This document shows, in pieces, positions 1-12,820 of a DNA stretch of 64,000 bases (positions are counted from its first letter, which is position 1; every line of letters begins with the position of its first letter). The notes under the pieces are model-generated. The model saw only the letters and a program-made list of their open reading frames with translations, made no database searches and was not told the origin of the DNA. Where the stretch lies: assembly GCA_977016875.1 (NCBI GenBank), contig CDRNST010000233.1, forward strand, positions 434,001-498,000, read 5' to 3'. The stretch is from Pavona decussata (taxonomy: Eukaryota). The position numbers and the translations under genes were made by a program.

Positions 1-3000
1 ACCTAAAGGAAAAATGAGAACATAAATAACGTGATGACGACAAATCACCCGTGGATGCCACCCTTGCACGTGGTCCCAAACACGAGCCCTTGAAGTTCTG
101 AAATTTGAAGTCAAGTATTGCAGATCTCAGTTTTTACTAGAACCTCCCTTGTTTCTAACGTCCTTCTCAGGACTACACTCCCCCGGATGATCATAATTTA
201 CGTACTTATGACATGACTCCTGGGTCCAAACCATTTACAGTTTTTACTTATGTTACTTATTATCCCAACATGAAGAGCAAATGAGATTTAATCAACAACA
301 AAATGCAGAATTCGCACTGATTATTACTCATCATTGAGCTCAAAACTGTCAAAGCAGTAATTCTTTTTTCTAATATATATATTTTTAAAACTCAAAATCT
401 CCCCCTCGCCAAAACGTAAATAATGCCCAGATCAGTTCAAACCTTCTGATTTTGTGCAGTTTGTTTCATTTTTATATAATTATGCTTTATACACTGATCA
501 TAACTTCAACAACCAAATGCCCAAAGGAGGAAAGACGGAGAGAGGGGATGAAACGATCACCTGTTCTAATCCACCGGTGTCTCCTGTTCTATTCAGATGA
601 TTGATAAGTAAATCGCGTGGGCACTCGCACGAGTCACGAGCGAATAAAAGCATCCCAAATACTGGAACATCCTCGCCCTTGCTGAGACTTCTGTGCAACT
701 GAACAGCGGCGTCGTACATAAGCAGCTTTGTAGCTTCAAGAATCTTTAACTCTTCAGTTTCGTCATTAAGTAAGGAAAGAGCGGATTCAATCCGTTCAGA
801 CTGAGTAGAGCTCTCGTATATCCTGCTGATCTGCAAAACAAAAGACAGCGGGTTTTTTAATACTGTTATTGTATATAACTTATTTTTAAAAAACGTATAA
901 TGCAATTTCAGGGATCTGATTGGCTTAGCGGCCATGGTATATGAGCCATCATACATGTACCATGTCCGAGAAATAGCGACAATAGCAATAAATTGTTTTC
1001 TGGTTTGTTCTTGTTAAGGGAAATCAGCAAGATCTACAAATATAGCAATATTTCTGAACAATTATTCCACTTACGCTTGATGGATATGAGATGATTATCG
1101 CCACTTTGGCGCAACGCGCTAGTTTGCGGGGCTGAGTACACCACCGTCTTACATGTATGTCGAATTTTAGGTCGATTGTTCGTTTCGCTCAAAAGTACAT
1201 CGTCGTCGCTGTTGTTGTTGTTGTCGAAAGCCATGTGAAAAAATCAGGCACATTTAAGCCAAACGAAAACTCGGCAAAAAATTCGACACAAGACTTCAAT
1301 TATTAAACATCTTTTACATACAACTTTTATAACTATAAATACTTTTATTACATAGGGAAAATCTACGATTTTCAGTTGCCAAGCAGCAAGTTGTTTGACC
1401 ATTCTTTACCGATACCTGTAGCCCTTACAGCATGTTGCACATTCCCAGTGGAACAAAGTTGCCTCTGTGGTTGACTCACCCACTGTAAGAAGCAAGCAAG
1501 AGCGAAGTGGGGCCATGATTGTATTTGCGGCTTCATCCCTTAACAACTGCCTTCATGCATGCGAGACCAACAGCTGTACATACCACTGGATAAATGTATA
1601 TTCCCATCTGATCATAAGAACTCTACTGCAGTAGATACGTTTTAAAGAAAGAATTAATCTTACTTGATTAGTGAAGAAGGCCAGAAATTTTTCCAACGTG
1701 GTTATGACTTCAGTTTGCTGAACTGGTAATCTATTGGCAAAGCTCCACTGATCAAGGCCAACATGTGAACTAGGGATCTGAAAAAGAACAGCATGGAAAC
1801 AAATTATTGCACATGGAGGATGTATTCGTGCATGGAATGAGCTCCAGTCTACCTTATCTCACGATCTTCACAATATTCAAAATGGCAGATGGTAGTGAAG
1901 AACCTTACGACACACTGTAAAATACTCCACAAACTGTACACTTTGTGCATAACTGCCTTCTTAATTCCAAACTTGGAGCAAACCACATTGAGATGCATGC
2001 CAATATTTTATTACATTTGTACAGCTGTACTCACTTTTTCGAGTCTGGTTATCTCTTCAGGACGTGCAAGCCAATTCAAAATGGGATATTCTCCAGTTAA
2101 TGCTTGAAACAGCACTGCCCTTATAGCACAGTAATTATCTCCCCTTATTTGACGGAGATGGTGACACCCAGTATGTGAGGAGATACAGCCATACCCCTGC
2201 AAAATATCCAGGATTTAAGATAACAAAATAACTCTCATGCTTTTTCAGAGACTTAACAGATTCTCCATGGCAAAGAGGCCGGCAGGTAAAGAAAAGTTGA
2301 TTTACATTAAATTATCCACCAAGATCAGCTCAACCAAAGGAAACGCAAATGTGAGAAATGCTGATCAGCACCTGCAATCACCTAACAGATTAGGGTTCCC
2401 CAGTAGGTCACAAACATCAAGGGAAAAAAAATGCTGACCGCACTGGCTTGACGTTTACATATTATTTAGCCACAATTACATAATTATAACAGAGCTAAGC
2501 TACGTGGAAGGTAACTGCTGATACAGGCACAAAATTCAAAGTTAGTGAAAAGCACCCTCAAGACATTGACGCAGAAGAGGTTCATTTAATAATACCAACA
2601 GCACGTATTCCGTTATCTTAAACAACGTGGCTTGATGTACTTAATATTTCGGCTAGAGGAAACATTCCCAGATTGATTCATAAAATAAATCTGATGTTAA
2701 ATTGTGTCAGTTTATTCTATCCATTTCCCACAAGAGAATGAAGCCACAAAAAAAAATAATAATAAAAAAAAAAAAGAAACAGTTTGATTATTTGACTATC
2801 TGAAATCTAGAAACTTAACCCTATCAAGACCCCCCTCCCTTTTTTTGCTGTTGATTTTTTTTTTATCTTCTGGGGAAAGGGGGAGGGGGGGGGGGTAGAT
2901 TCTGCCACCCCTCCATAACTTAATTGCAAGTATAAAAGCTAGGACAAGGGGATTTGGAGGATAGATATGCCCACAATATGTTTCCTTAGAGGTCCACAAC

Positions 3001-6000
3001 AGGAAGTGGTGATGTCATATGATTTGGCAATTATGTCATGATTTCAACGTCCAAAGTGGCTGGCCAACTTAATCATTTTGCAAACGTAATGCACTAATTT
3101 GAATGATGGTTTACATGTCACTTTTCTGAATTACCTCAAAATAGTGCACACTACTCTCAGATAATTTATGTGCCATTTTGAAGCAATTCCAAGAATCATT
3201 CCTTGAAATTGTTACACTCTATTTCCTGACCGACCAGTCTGGCAGGCCAGTTCTGACAAATGGAAAGCACTCTCAGATTTCTTGATTTTATGGAAACCTC
3301 AGAGAGCCAACCAAAATCAACCAAAAAGTTATAGAAATGAAAAGAAAAACACAAAAATGATAAAGAAACTTGAAATTAGCTGCAATAAAATTAATTTTTG
3401 TACATTAAAAAACCTGGCTGTCAAAAATTAGTTGCCAATTTTGGTAACAAATTCAATGAACCCTGACCTACCATACCAAATTGTTACCAGATAAAAAATT
3501 TCTGAAAAAGTCACGACGTTTCTTGCCGCTGGTGAAAATATTACAAATTAAAAGTTACAAATGTTCAAAGTCAGTGAGGGCAGAATCCCCAACCCCTCCA
3601 CCATCTACATAGGGTGAAATAAAAAACAAAAGCTCCATTCCCCTTAGGGAATAGGAAAAATGTACATTGCGCATGTTTCACACAAGTCAAGTGAAAAGTA
3701 TGAAATGAAAGCCATAAATGAACTGAAAAACCCCAAATCTTTGATTTTTTTTCCTCTACTTGTGACATTCAAGATGAAATAATTTAAAATATCACAAGTG
3801 TCAAAATTGAAGAGATTTGTTTCGGGAATGAACTTACTACATGTATCTCATTTACCTTCCCGCCTTAAAGACCCTTTTCAGAAAGCACCCTTAAACTGTA
3901 TTTACCTTTTTTATGGCCCTTGAAGTTGGTGTATCACTCTTCCATTCTCGCAGAGCATAGTCTGTTATTGCTACTGGCTCTCCTACTGAAGCAAGAGGCT
4001 TCAAAGCCATATCGTCACTCATCTTATCACTTTTAACACCAGTTTCTTCGCTATCACTCTCATAATCCCCATCGTAACTATCAGTTTCTCGTTTGTCATG
4101 CGCCCATGCAGGGCCAGGCTCTTTTGATAAATTGCTCTCATTTTCAAAGTCTTCACTGCTGGTGTACCCAGTATCATGATGACTCTGTACTTCAACTAGT
4201 GGACGATCATCATCAATGTCTCCTACAGGATGGCGGTTAATATCGTCGGAGTCTGTCTCACAGATTTCCCCATCTGCGACCAGTGAACCCAGACTGTAGA
4301 AACATTGTGGTTTGGATAAGGTGATGCCGCACTTTATGCAATACACTTCAGTCTTTGAGGCGTTTGCAACAATGTCATTAGCATTAGAAGTGTGCAGGCA
4401 AGAATCTGGCCCTTCTTGATCACTTGGCTTTGAACTCTTTCTTTCGTTTTTTCTACGTGATCGACTCTTAGATTCTCCAAGAATATGATCTAAACTGTCA
4501 CTGTAGGTATTGCTGGTTGGATTATTGTCAGCTCTGACATTCCTGTTATTTGAAGAAGAATAAGTTTTAACATGGCTTTTAGATAATTCACCATTCTCCC
4601 CGCTGTGCTGGTGGCCACACTTGACACATTCAAATTCAAATTCATCTGCTGTCTTGCTCTTCACAGACAAAGGCTCCTTTTGACATTCACCCATGCCTGC
4701 TTTCTCTTCTAATTTCTCTGAGTCACAGCTATGGGCCCATAATTGCTCAAGTCTCTGAGCTGTCCCCTGGACCTCTGTTGTTGGTGAAGGCCTTACACAA
4801 AAGAGGCTCCTAACTTGCATTTGGGGGCGAAAAGACCTTATTTTTTGTTTGACAGTTGAGATTGATGACACCTGCTTTTTGCCTGATGTGGTGTGTTCTG
4901 ACAAGAATGAAGCAGTGGACTTAGAGGCTGTTGTAGCTTGAGCACTCATTTTTGGTTTCGGTAGATCTTGAGCTGCAAATTTACCATTAGTATCACCTTC
5001 CTTGTGAAATATAACATGCGCTTCTGCTGAATCTTCCACTTCTTCACCACTGCATCTACTCTCCTCCCCTTCCTTATTATGATTCTGAGGATGATGACTT
5101 TTATTAAAGAATACTTTTGTTTCTACATGTGTCTTTTTCTGTGAACCCTTTTTCATTTCTAATGGTGACAAACTTTGTTTCTGTTGCTGGTTTATAGAAG
5201 TAATAACATCAACGAGGAAATTCCCCTCCAATGTACTCCTATGCAATGGAGTCCTGTCTTGGATGATTAAGGTGTTCAAAGGTGATGTTGAATGATTCTT
5301 GTTGAACAAATAATGTTGCCTTCTAGGAGGGCCTCTAGATTGTCCGTTTGTAAACTGAAAGAAATATGAATAAATAATAATAGTTTCATGTATGTTAGAG
5401 ATAAAGCAATTGAGAATATGAGTGAAAAAGATCCCAAAATTAGTTTCAAATTTATTCACTTAACAGCAACCTCAGAAGTTACATATTAAACTAATAGCTT
5501 TACAGTACATGTATCAACATGGTTCATTCTTAAACTGGAACAAAGGATGCATGCATCAACAGGGAGCTGCCTGCACAGTTATGCATGTGCACATTTGTCA
5601 TACCTAAAAAGTATGCCGAGGATTTAAAAAAGAAAAAAAAATGCTTTCATTTGTAGGCTAATCTGCCATTTCATGATAAAAGCCTTGTTTTCATATGTTG
5701 GGAAAATACCAAACGATCAGGGATGTCACTGTTTTACAACTGTCCCAGACTTGCCTGACTAATGAAAACTTGAAATCCTAGACATTCCCCATCCTCCGGG
5801 ATGGTCGCAGACAAATCAGGAAAATTGGGAGTGTTTCTATTTTCACAATGCAGCCCAGGTTTCTGCGATGGTCAGCGATCATTCCCAACATATGAAAACT
5901 CAAATTTATACTGTCAGGAATGTTGGCGACAGTTTTAGCTCGTTACCACAATCCTCTAAATTGTTTCGCTCCAGCTCCCCACTTTCCCCAGACAAATAAA

Positions 6001-9000
6001 AATGGCATCTGTCACTGATGAATACATCAAATTTGGGACAGATGTCTGGCGATTTCCCTATATCTCCCATTGTCTGGGATTTTCCTGACATATGAAAATG
6101 ACTAGACTTAAAGTGGATTACTTAAGTTTTTGTACTATGCGAGCTTTGATATGCACGCGCTGCCCAAGGTACATGAAAACATCACGCGCGAGCAAAATCA
6201 TGTGAACCAGCTGAGGAAATTCCGCGAGCACAAAAACAAAATGGTGGTTCTCGGAAAAACTTCCTCGTATTCCAGGTAGGTTTTAGAGGTGTGCTTACAG
6301 TAGCTAGATTGCGTTTGGGCTTGATAACTGAAAAAAACGTGTTGCCTAATCATTACCGTTCCTGAACAGCCTTAAAGCCTTTGCAGAGTTTGCAGAGTTT
6401 TGGACCAAATGTTTGTTTAAACTCGAAGGCAGCCTGCACTCAGCAGTTGAGGCGCACGCGCGCTGAAACCCGGGTTTTTACCAGAGCAAGCACGCGCAAT
6501 GGTCTTCTCACCGGAGGTCGCAATAACTATTTTTTCTCGCTTAATTTCTCCAAATCTAGCCAAACAACCTATGTTCAAATTTTTGCTGTTTACAGAAAAC
6601 ACTAATAAAAATGGAAACGTGAACATTTTTTTAAAGAAAATTTGTCAGAATTTTTTGCAGGAATTTTCAAATAAAGCAAAATTTCCCAATTTTGTCATTT
6701 GCCAAATTTCTCCCTGACAATTTCGTGTTCTTGCCTGTAAATACTTATTTTTGGCCACTTTCCAAATCCTGAGATTTTGAAGTAGGGTTGTACAGCTAGA
6801 TTTAGAGCCAGACAACTCTAAAAGGTGTAGTTTCCAGGTCCCACTAGGAGGGGATGGATTTAAAATATTGTACAAAACCTAAGAAAAAATTCTGGCTACA
6901 TCCCTGATCATAATAATTGTACAGAACACCAACTATAGTATTTAAGATTAATGTAGCTACGTAATCAAATATTTGACACTTTTTCTTTTCCTGAAAAGTC
7001 CATTATGTACATTGTTCATGTGCAATGTACACTGTGTACCAATTTCCAGGCTATAAACACAAGCTAATTGTCTTTAATACAATGAAAACTTTGATTTAAT
7101 GAAGTGCCAAGGGACTAAAGAAATTGGTCTGTTATATATCAAGGGTTCATTATACTGTATCAAGGTTCTGTAAATCCATACATTATAAAAGGGCAGGCTG
7201 GAGAATATTGTTTGTTATACCGAGGACTTCGCTATATATAGGGAGGTTTGTTAAAACTATTGCAATTATTTGGGTTTCAGAAAATGAATGTTGCAAACAC
7301 CCATTAAAATTTCTACACATACAGGAAGCTGGACTGTTAACATGAAGACATTTAAATAAAGATACTGAGCATTTTATTATTTTTATGATGCATTCAGTGT
7401 ATGATTTTCTCTCTTCTGATCTAAGCTAGATGTGTATGCACACACAAGAAAAATATGCTTGTAATTACACCCACTAATGAATTCATGAAGCTGGCATTTG
7501 AATTAGCATGTGAAAAAAAGGTATTGTCAGTGGTTAAAATGCACCCTACAAGCTACTTTGGCTGTCCCTTGAGCAAAGACAAACAACATTGATGACAACA
7601 TGACCAAAAAATGCATAACTTGTAGCCTGTAAAACTACGCTACTCAAAACTGTTTACAAAAACACAACGCTGTATTTTGAACATAATCAAATATATTGAA
7701 CGCATATTTGTTCTACATACACTGTAATGTTAGTGGTACCGGTGTTTCCTAATTTGTCTTTTCAACTTCTGGTGGTTCAGTAACTCTCAAAATAATGTGA
7801 AATACAATATCCAAAAAACAAACACTGAACAATAGTTTTATAATTTGGTGAATTTCATGATGAGATTTGTTGAGGATCACAATACAATAAATGTTTAATT
7901 TCGTGAGAAATAACGCATGCAAAATAATTTATGCATGCCATGTTTACAACTAATTTCCAAAAATTTTTAACTTTAAAGGAAAAAAGAAAGAAAGAAAGAA
8001 AGGTGGGTTGTTTTCTGGTAGATTACTGTTGTTTTCTGTTCATCGCTGTGGTCAAACCCGCAAAATCCCGTATATAAACACATCAGGCCTGGGAAGGGGT
8101 CCCCGGGAAGAATTAACTTACAGGTCCCTACACCACCTCAAATATTCAACTAAAAATTTTGAACGTATTAAGCAACCATTATCTTACTTAATAATAATAA
8201 TCTGTTGAGTCATTCACACATCGCAGTTTGATTAGACTTTGAAAAGACTGCATGACAATAAAACTCTACGTTTAAAGCACTTTCATCACTTTTCGAGTAA
8301 ATGTTTACAGTGAAATCAGCAGGTCACTAAAAGCACTTTACTATTAGTGCCAAAATCCAGTGTTAGAGAACAATTAAAAAATGAAAGCGGCCCACAGAAA
8401 ATGAAAAAAAAAAAAGAAAAAAAAAGAAACCTCAAAATTCGAAAGTAATATATTAAAGCTTGCAGCTTGGGACGACTTTTGTTGATCAATATTTCTTCGT
8501 CTTATAAAAAAGCATAAGTTCGCGACTATTCTATTTTGAACATGAATTACAGCCAAAAAATATATGCAAATTTCCGAACCGCAAAACGGAAACTAATCTT
8601 CCTGTTTCTTCGACAGAATACGTAATTGCAAATGAAAACATTCTTCGTCCTATAGAGGGATCAAAATATCTGATTTCTGGCAATAAAGAGATAAGATCTA
8701 CGATATATAATCCCTTTGAGGACAAAAATATAACTCTAATTTTGGACAGATTAAGCGTACAGTAAACTGAAATTATGAATATTTAGTTTTCCTAGAACGA
8801 ACACAAACAAAATTGTTTGCTTATAATCTTGAGAAAAGACGACAAGTACAAGCGTTTTTGAATTGAATCGTAAAATGTCGAACGGTCGTATTCCATGTTC
8901 CATTCAATGAAATTTATATTGACTTGTTCATTTCTCATTCTTGGCGCCATGAGTCAACGAAAATGAACCACACAATTCAACGCTTGGATAATTCAACGAC

Positions 9001-9260
9001 GATAAAGAAATTGCATCAGTGAAATTTATAATAATATTACCAAGACTCACCAGATTACCAAGCAACACAGGACTTCTCGGCGACTGCAAGCCACGTTTTC
9101 CTTTAATAAAAGGCCGCTGTTTTTCTTTCTGTTTTCCTCTGTATTGATTCTTGCGTCTATACGCTCGAACGAGAAAGCACAAACAGGCGAAGCACAGGAC
9201 CAAAGAAACTGCTAACACCAGTAAAAATTTAGCATCTGTGAAAACAAAATGCGATGCCAT
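1..9260 (-). CDS. OTULIN: OTULIN/FAM105-family OTU deubiquitinase with N-terminal hydrophobic anchor and long linker (3' end outside window)
   Basis: Hand-spliced exons 9260-9051, 5354-3906, 2196-2035, 1777-1664 and 830-561; the next acceptor (tttag|GT) opens an exon at position 2. All introns are GT-AG phase 0. Motifs match OTULIN: SVGEPVAITDYALREWK..KKGY, LRQIRGDNYCAIRAVLFQA (catalytic Cys) and NRTGDTGGLEQ|V. The first exon is assigned from ATG, phase fit and a GTGAGT donor, so it is less certain than the rest. Confidence 0.85.
128..248. repeat. Short ~100 bp insertion flanked by an 11-bp direct repeat (CAGTTTTTACT); possible retroelement terminal fragment
   Basis: Direct repeat at 128-138 and 238-248. 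Family identity is unverified. Confidence 0.35.
915..1110. repeat. Interspersed repeat, second copy at ~49850-50065
   Basis: Both sites share TGATTGGCTTAGC-GCCATGGTATATGAGCCAT...AACAATTATTCCACTT. Confidence 0.75.
5681..6100. mobile_element. MITE-like element with terminal inverted repeats
   Basis: TTTTCATATGTTGGGAAAAT near the left end pairs imperfectly with ATTTTCCTGACATATGAAAA near the right end; no coding capacity. Confidence 0.6.
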
Positions 9261-12200
9261 AAATCCCCCATTTAAAGTCTGTCGTGAAGAGTGGCTGAAC
9301 ACGTGAACGAAACGAAAACAACGGAAGGCCCGCCGAACCTTTGAAAGAACCCCGATTGTTCGCAGGCAGGTGGTTCGATATGAGATTTAAGCTTTAGAAG
9401 CTGTGTTCTTCTTGCAGTGATAGAATTATATCTAGTTTCCATTGACTTACCAGCATTTAGGAATCTCGTGAGGTTCATTGCAAATCAGTTGAGTCATAAA
9501 GGCATTAACAGAGTGAATCAAAGTAAGCTCGCTGGAGTGACGAAGCGTGAATGGCTCGCGCGTCACAAAGAATACCGGTATTGAATTACCTCGAGCCCTC
9601 TGGAATAGGATACTTAGTGGGGAGGGGAGAGCAAGCACTTCGATAAAAGAAAATCCTTATTAAAGAGGAAAATTCAAATATAGAAATCACCTACGGCAGC
9701 TAAAATGTGACGCTTAATTTGTATTCAAAAGGAGAAAAATGAAGATTTTCCTTTAAAATATTGATTGTTTTATGGTAAGTCACTTAGCCAAGTACTACTC
9801 CCTTGGGAAAATCATTGTCGTCGGTTTGGTCTCGATCCCAATGGCGTTCATGTCACGCTTGATGTGATACAGGATTTGAATAATTACCCTCCTTGGTGCG
9901 AAATTATCACGGACGCATTTAATACAAAAGATAATCGTTGTTTATTATAAAAAAATGTAAATTGACTGGGAAGAATGTTTAACAACGATTTACTTTCACG
10001 TTCTCAATGTCCAAACGGAAATAAGCTGGTTTCAGTACCGGAAGCCTTTTCTTTTGAAAATATAAATGATCCTTGATATGACACAGACACTAATCACAGT
10101 GATAAAAAAAAAAAAAAAAATCAAAAGCTTCTGAGAATATCTTAAAGACATGTGCATTAAGAACATTATTTCTCTCTCTAAATTCGCATAAGACGATGAA
10201 TAACCCCGTCGAACTTGACGAGATCTCGCGCGTGTAAACGAAAAAACACTGGCGTGCATCGCGTGTAGTATGGCCGCGTGCACTAAACCGTGGAGGTTCC
10301 TACACTTCAGTATAAGACTTCACCTGGAGATTCTTAGTCCTAGGACTGGAGGTGGAGATCTTAATCTTCAATCTGCATGTTCATTAAAATGAAAAAGTCA
10401 TCTGAATCATACTTCCGTGTTCACCGACTCATGTTAAGTCAGTTGTCGCCATTTTGAATTTCTATTCTTCAATGTATAAGACTGTCCTTGGAATATAGTT
10501 TATGTCAGAGTGGAAATTTAATATTGTTAGCGTATCAGTAAAGGCTGCTTTCTGCGCTTAACTCAATAGACTAAATTTGGCGTGCATCATGGACCTATTT
10601 AGGCGTGAAAACAAAAAAGCGTGAACGATACGTATACTCGTGCGTGCACGTTAACAAAACAAAAACTAAAAAGCTCGCTCAAAAATCTTGCCTTCGCACT
10701 TCGGTTGCAGATTCACCAGTTAGAAAGCTCGGATCGTTCGAGTAGTAGCGGGCAATCGCTTGTCAAATCAAAGAGTGACCTCTGAAAACGATCACCCGCT
10801 ACTGCTGGCTACTCAGCTTGTACTATATTCTTTCACCTCCCCCTTTTTTGCTTTTCATTTCACACGAAGACAGTCTATAAAATCATACCTCGCATTTCCT
10901 CTAGTAAAAAGTTATATCCAAGAGGGAGTTTTCCACGCAATATTTGCTGTAAGATTGGACAATAATACTTTGCAAAGAGTTTGTCACTTTGCGATGTGTC
11001 CACACGTCACACGCGCGCGCTATCGTGATGAAGAGACCACGCTACAACTGACCAGCGCAATCGCAGTGCGCCCAAACAGCCGAGGAATATTTGCAGAGAT
11101 CATGGATGTTGACGGCCGCTGTAGGAGCTAGTGTGAGTCTGGTTTCTGCACAGAAAAGTCCAGTTATACATGTGGGCCAGCGTTCCCACTGGTCCCAAAT
11201 CCGCCGCCCAAAGCCCCCACCGAACAACGGTGCCTCCCTGGCAATATGCGGGCATCTGAAAGCAATAGTTTTAGATCGGCTTTAATTTTTTATGCGGATG
11301 GATTGAAAAACAATGCCATCACTGATAGACGTCCATGACAAATACTGATAGCAATAGTCTGGTTTAATTTGTTAGAATCATGTTGTAACACCTTGCCCAC
11401 CTCCTTACGGGCCATACGGAGAGCGGACACGCAAACGCGCGCGGAAAAATAAATTGCTAGTCTCGCGCATCTTCCTCGTCTGGCGCGGAGTAGGGGAGAT
11501 TGATTTAGCCGATTTTTACAATTGAACATAGCTGCAAGAAGCGAATTGCACTTTGTGTTTCAATCGTCTAGACTGCTGAACGGAATTTCCTTGCCAATCA
11601 TACATAATCCCCTGAGCCGGCCGAGTGACACAAAAGGTGAAGGAAAAAAAGCATCTTTTCGCAGCTCAGACTGAAACCACCCAAGGATAAATCCAAACAA
11701 ATAAAAATAGGGATGATCTGACTATGTAAATACAAAAACTAAAGGTACTAATGTAGGCAAATTGTTCGTCTGTTAGTATTTCAATCTGTGAATCTTAAAA
11801 GCTTCAGAAGTATGAGACAAAAGGGAGAATTGGTGCAAAAATACGAGTCACGCGGACAACGTTTACCCACTTTTTTGCCCTCAAATTTCAATCCGCTCCA
11901 ACTCTCAGAAATGTTTTCGTTTTCCCTCGGTGGTTACGGATTAACGCCTAGAATATTACTCTATTGAAGAAAGGGTAAATATTTCGACTTGTGGGGGATA
12001 AGAAATATTCCATACTTGGTCTCTTGTTTATACTTCTACTTATCGAAAATACACAGTACCCCTTCCTCTCACCCTGACCAACACATTTTCCCCAAAAGCG
12101 ATGCTTAGGCTTTCAGTACAGTCAGAGTATGGTATGGCTTTGAGCTCAAGTCTACTGCTTTTTGGGTTAATTGCGTAACTTTTGGCATCACCAAAAGAAA

Positions 12201-12540
12201 ATAAGAGAACAGCGAAGGAGATGCCCAGTCTAGACTCACCAGTGTTAGAAGTTATATAAATGGGATTGTTTCCCGAGACATCCGTAAACATCAGCGAGTG
12301 ATCAGTGACAAACTGTAGCCTGTATGGCGAGGAGTTTCCGTGGGTATTTTTGTCACGCAAACGCCGGAACAACAGCAACAAACTCATAGGTGGGGGAGGG
12401 GACGGCAGGCCAAGACAACCTCTCTCGTTCTGGTTCCAAAATAAGAATTGTGGAACGAGCAGGACTTCAATGGTTGAGCTTAGGGCTCGGCAAAATTACA
12501 GAATTATGCACAGTAGCCAAATCAATCAAGATCGACGAAT

Positions 12541-12546
12541 TTTATT
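12541..12546 (-). promoter_or_regulatory. Candidate polyadenylation signal of SF3A1 (AATAAA)
   Basis: AATAAA on the minus strand about 275 nt downstream of the stop codon. Confidence 0.35.
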
Positions 12547-12820
12547 TCAAACCATTTAATCTGGATTGCTAACTTTAAATACAAAGCAAATTGCAGTCGG
12601 GGCAAAAGAAAAGGACGAATCACATCACAGTTCACGTTAAATGACTTCTTTCTACTTAATTCGAGCTTCAAATGGATATCTCGAAGCCCAGCAAACTGTT
12701 TTTAAAGAGCAAGAGGCGGAAAGTGCATGCCTACGATAAATACGAGTAACTTTCGCCTTCTCGGTTGAACAGACAAGGGGAAAATATAAAACAACATAAA
12801 TGAATCCAGCTCGCGTTCAA

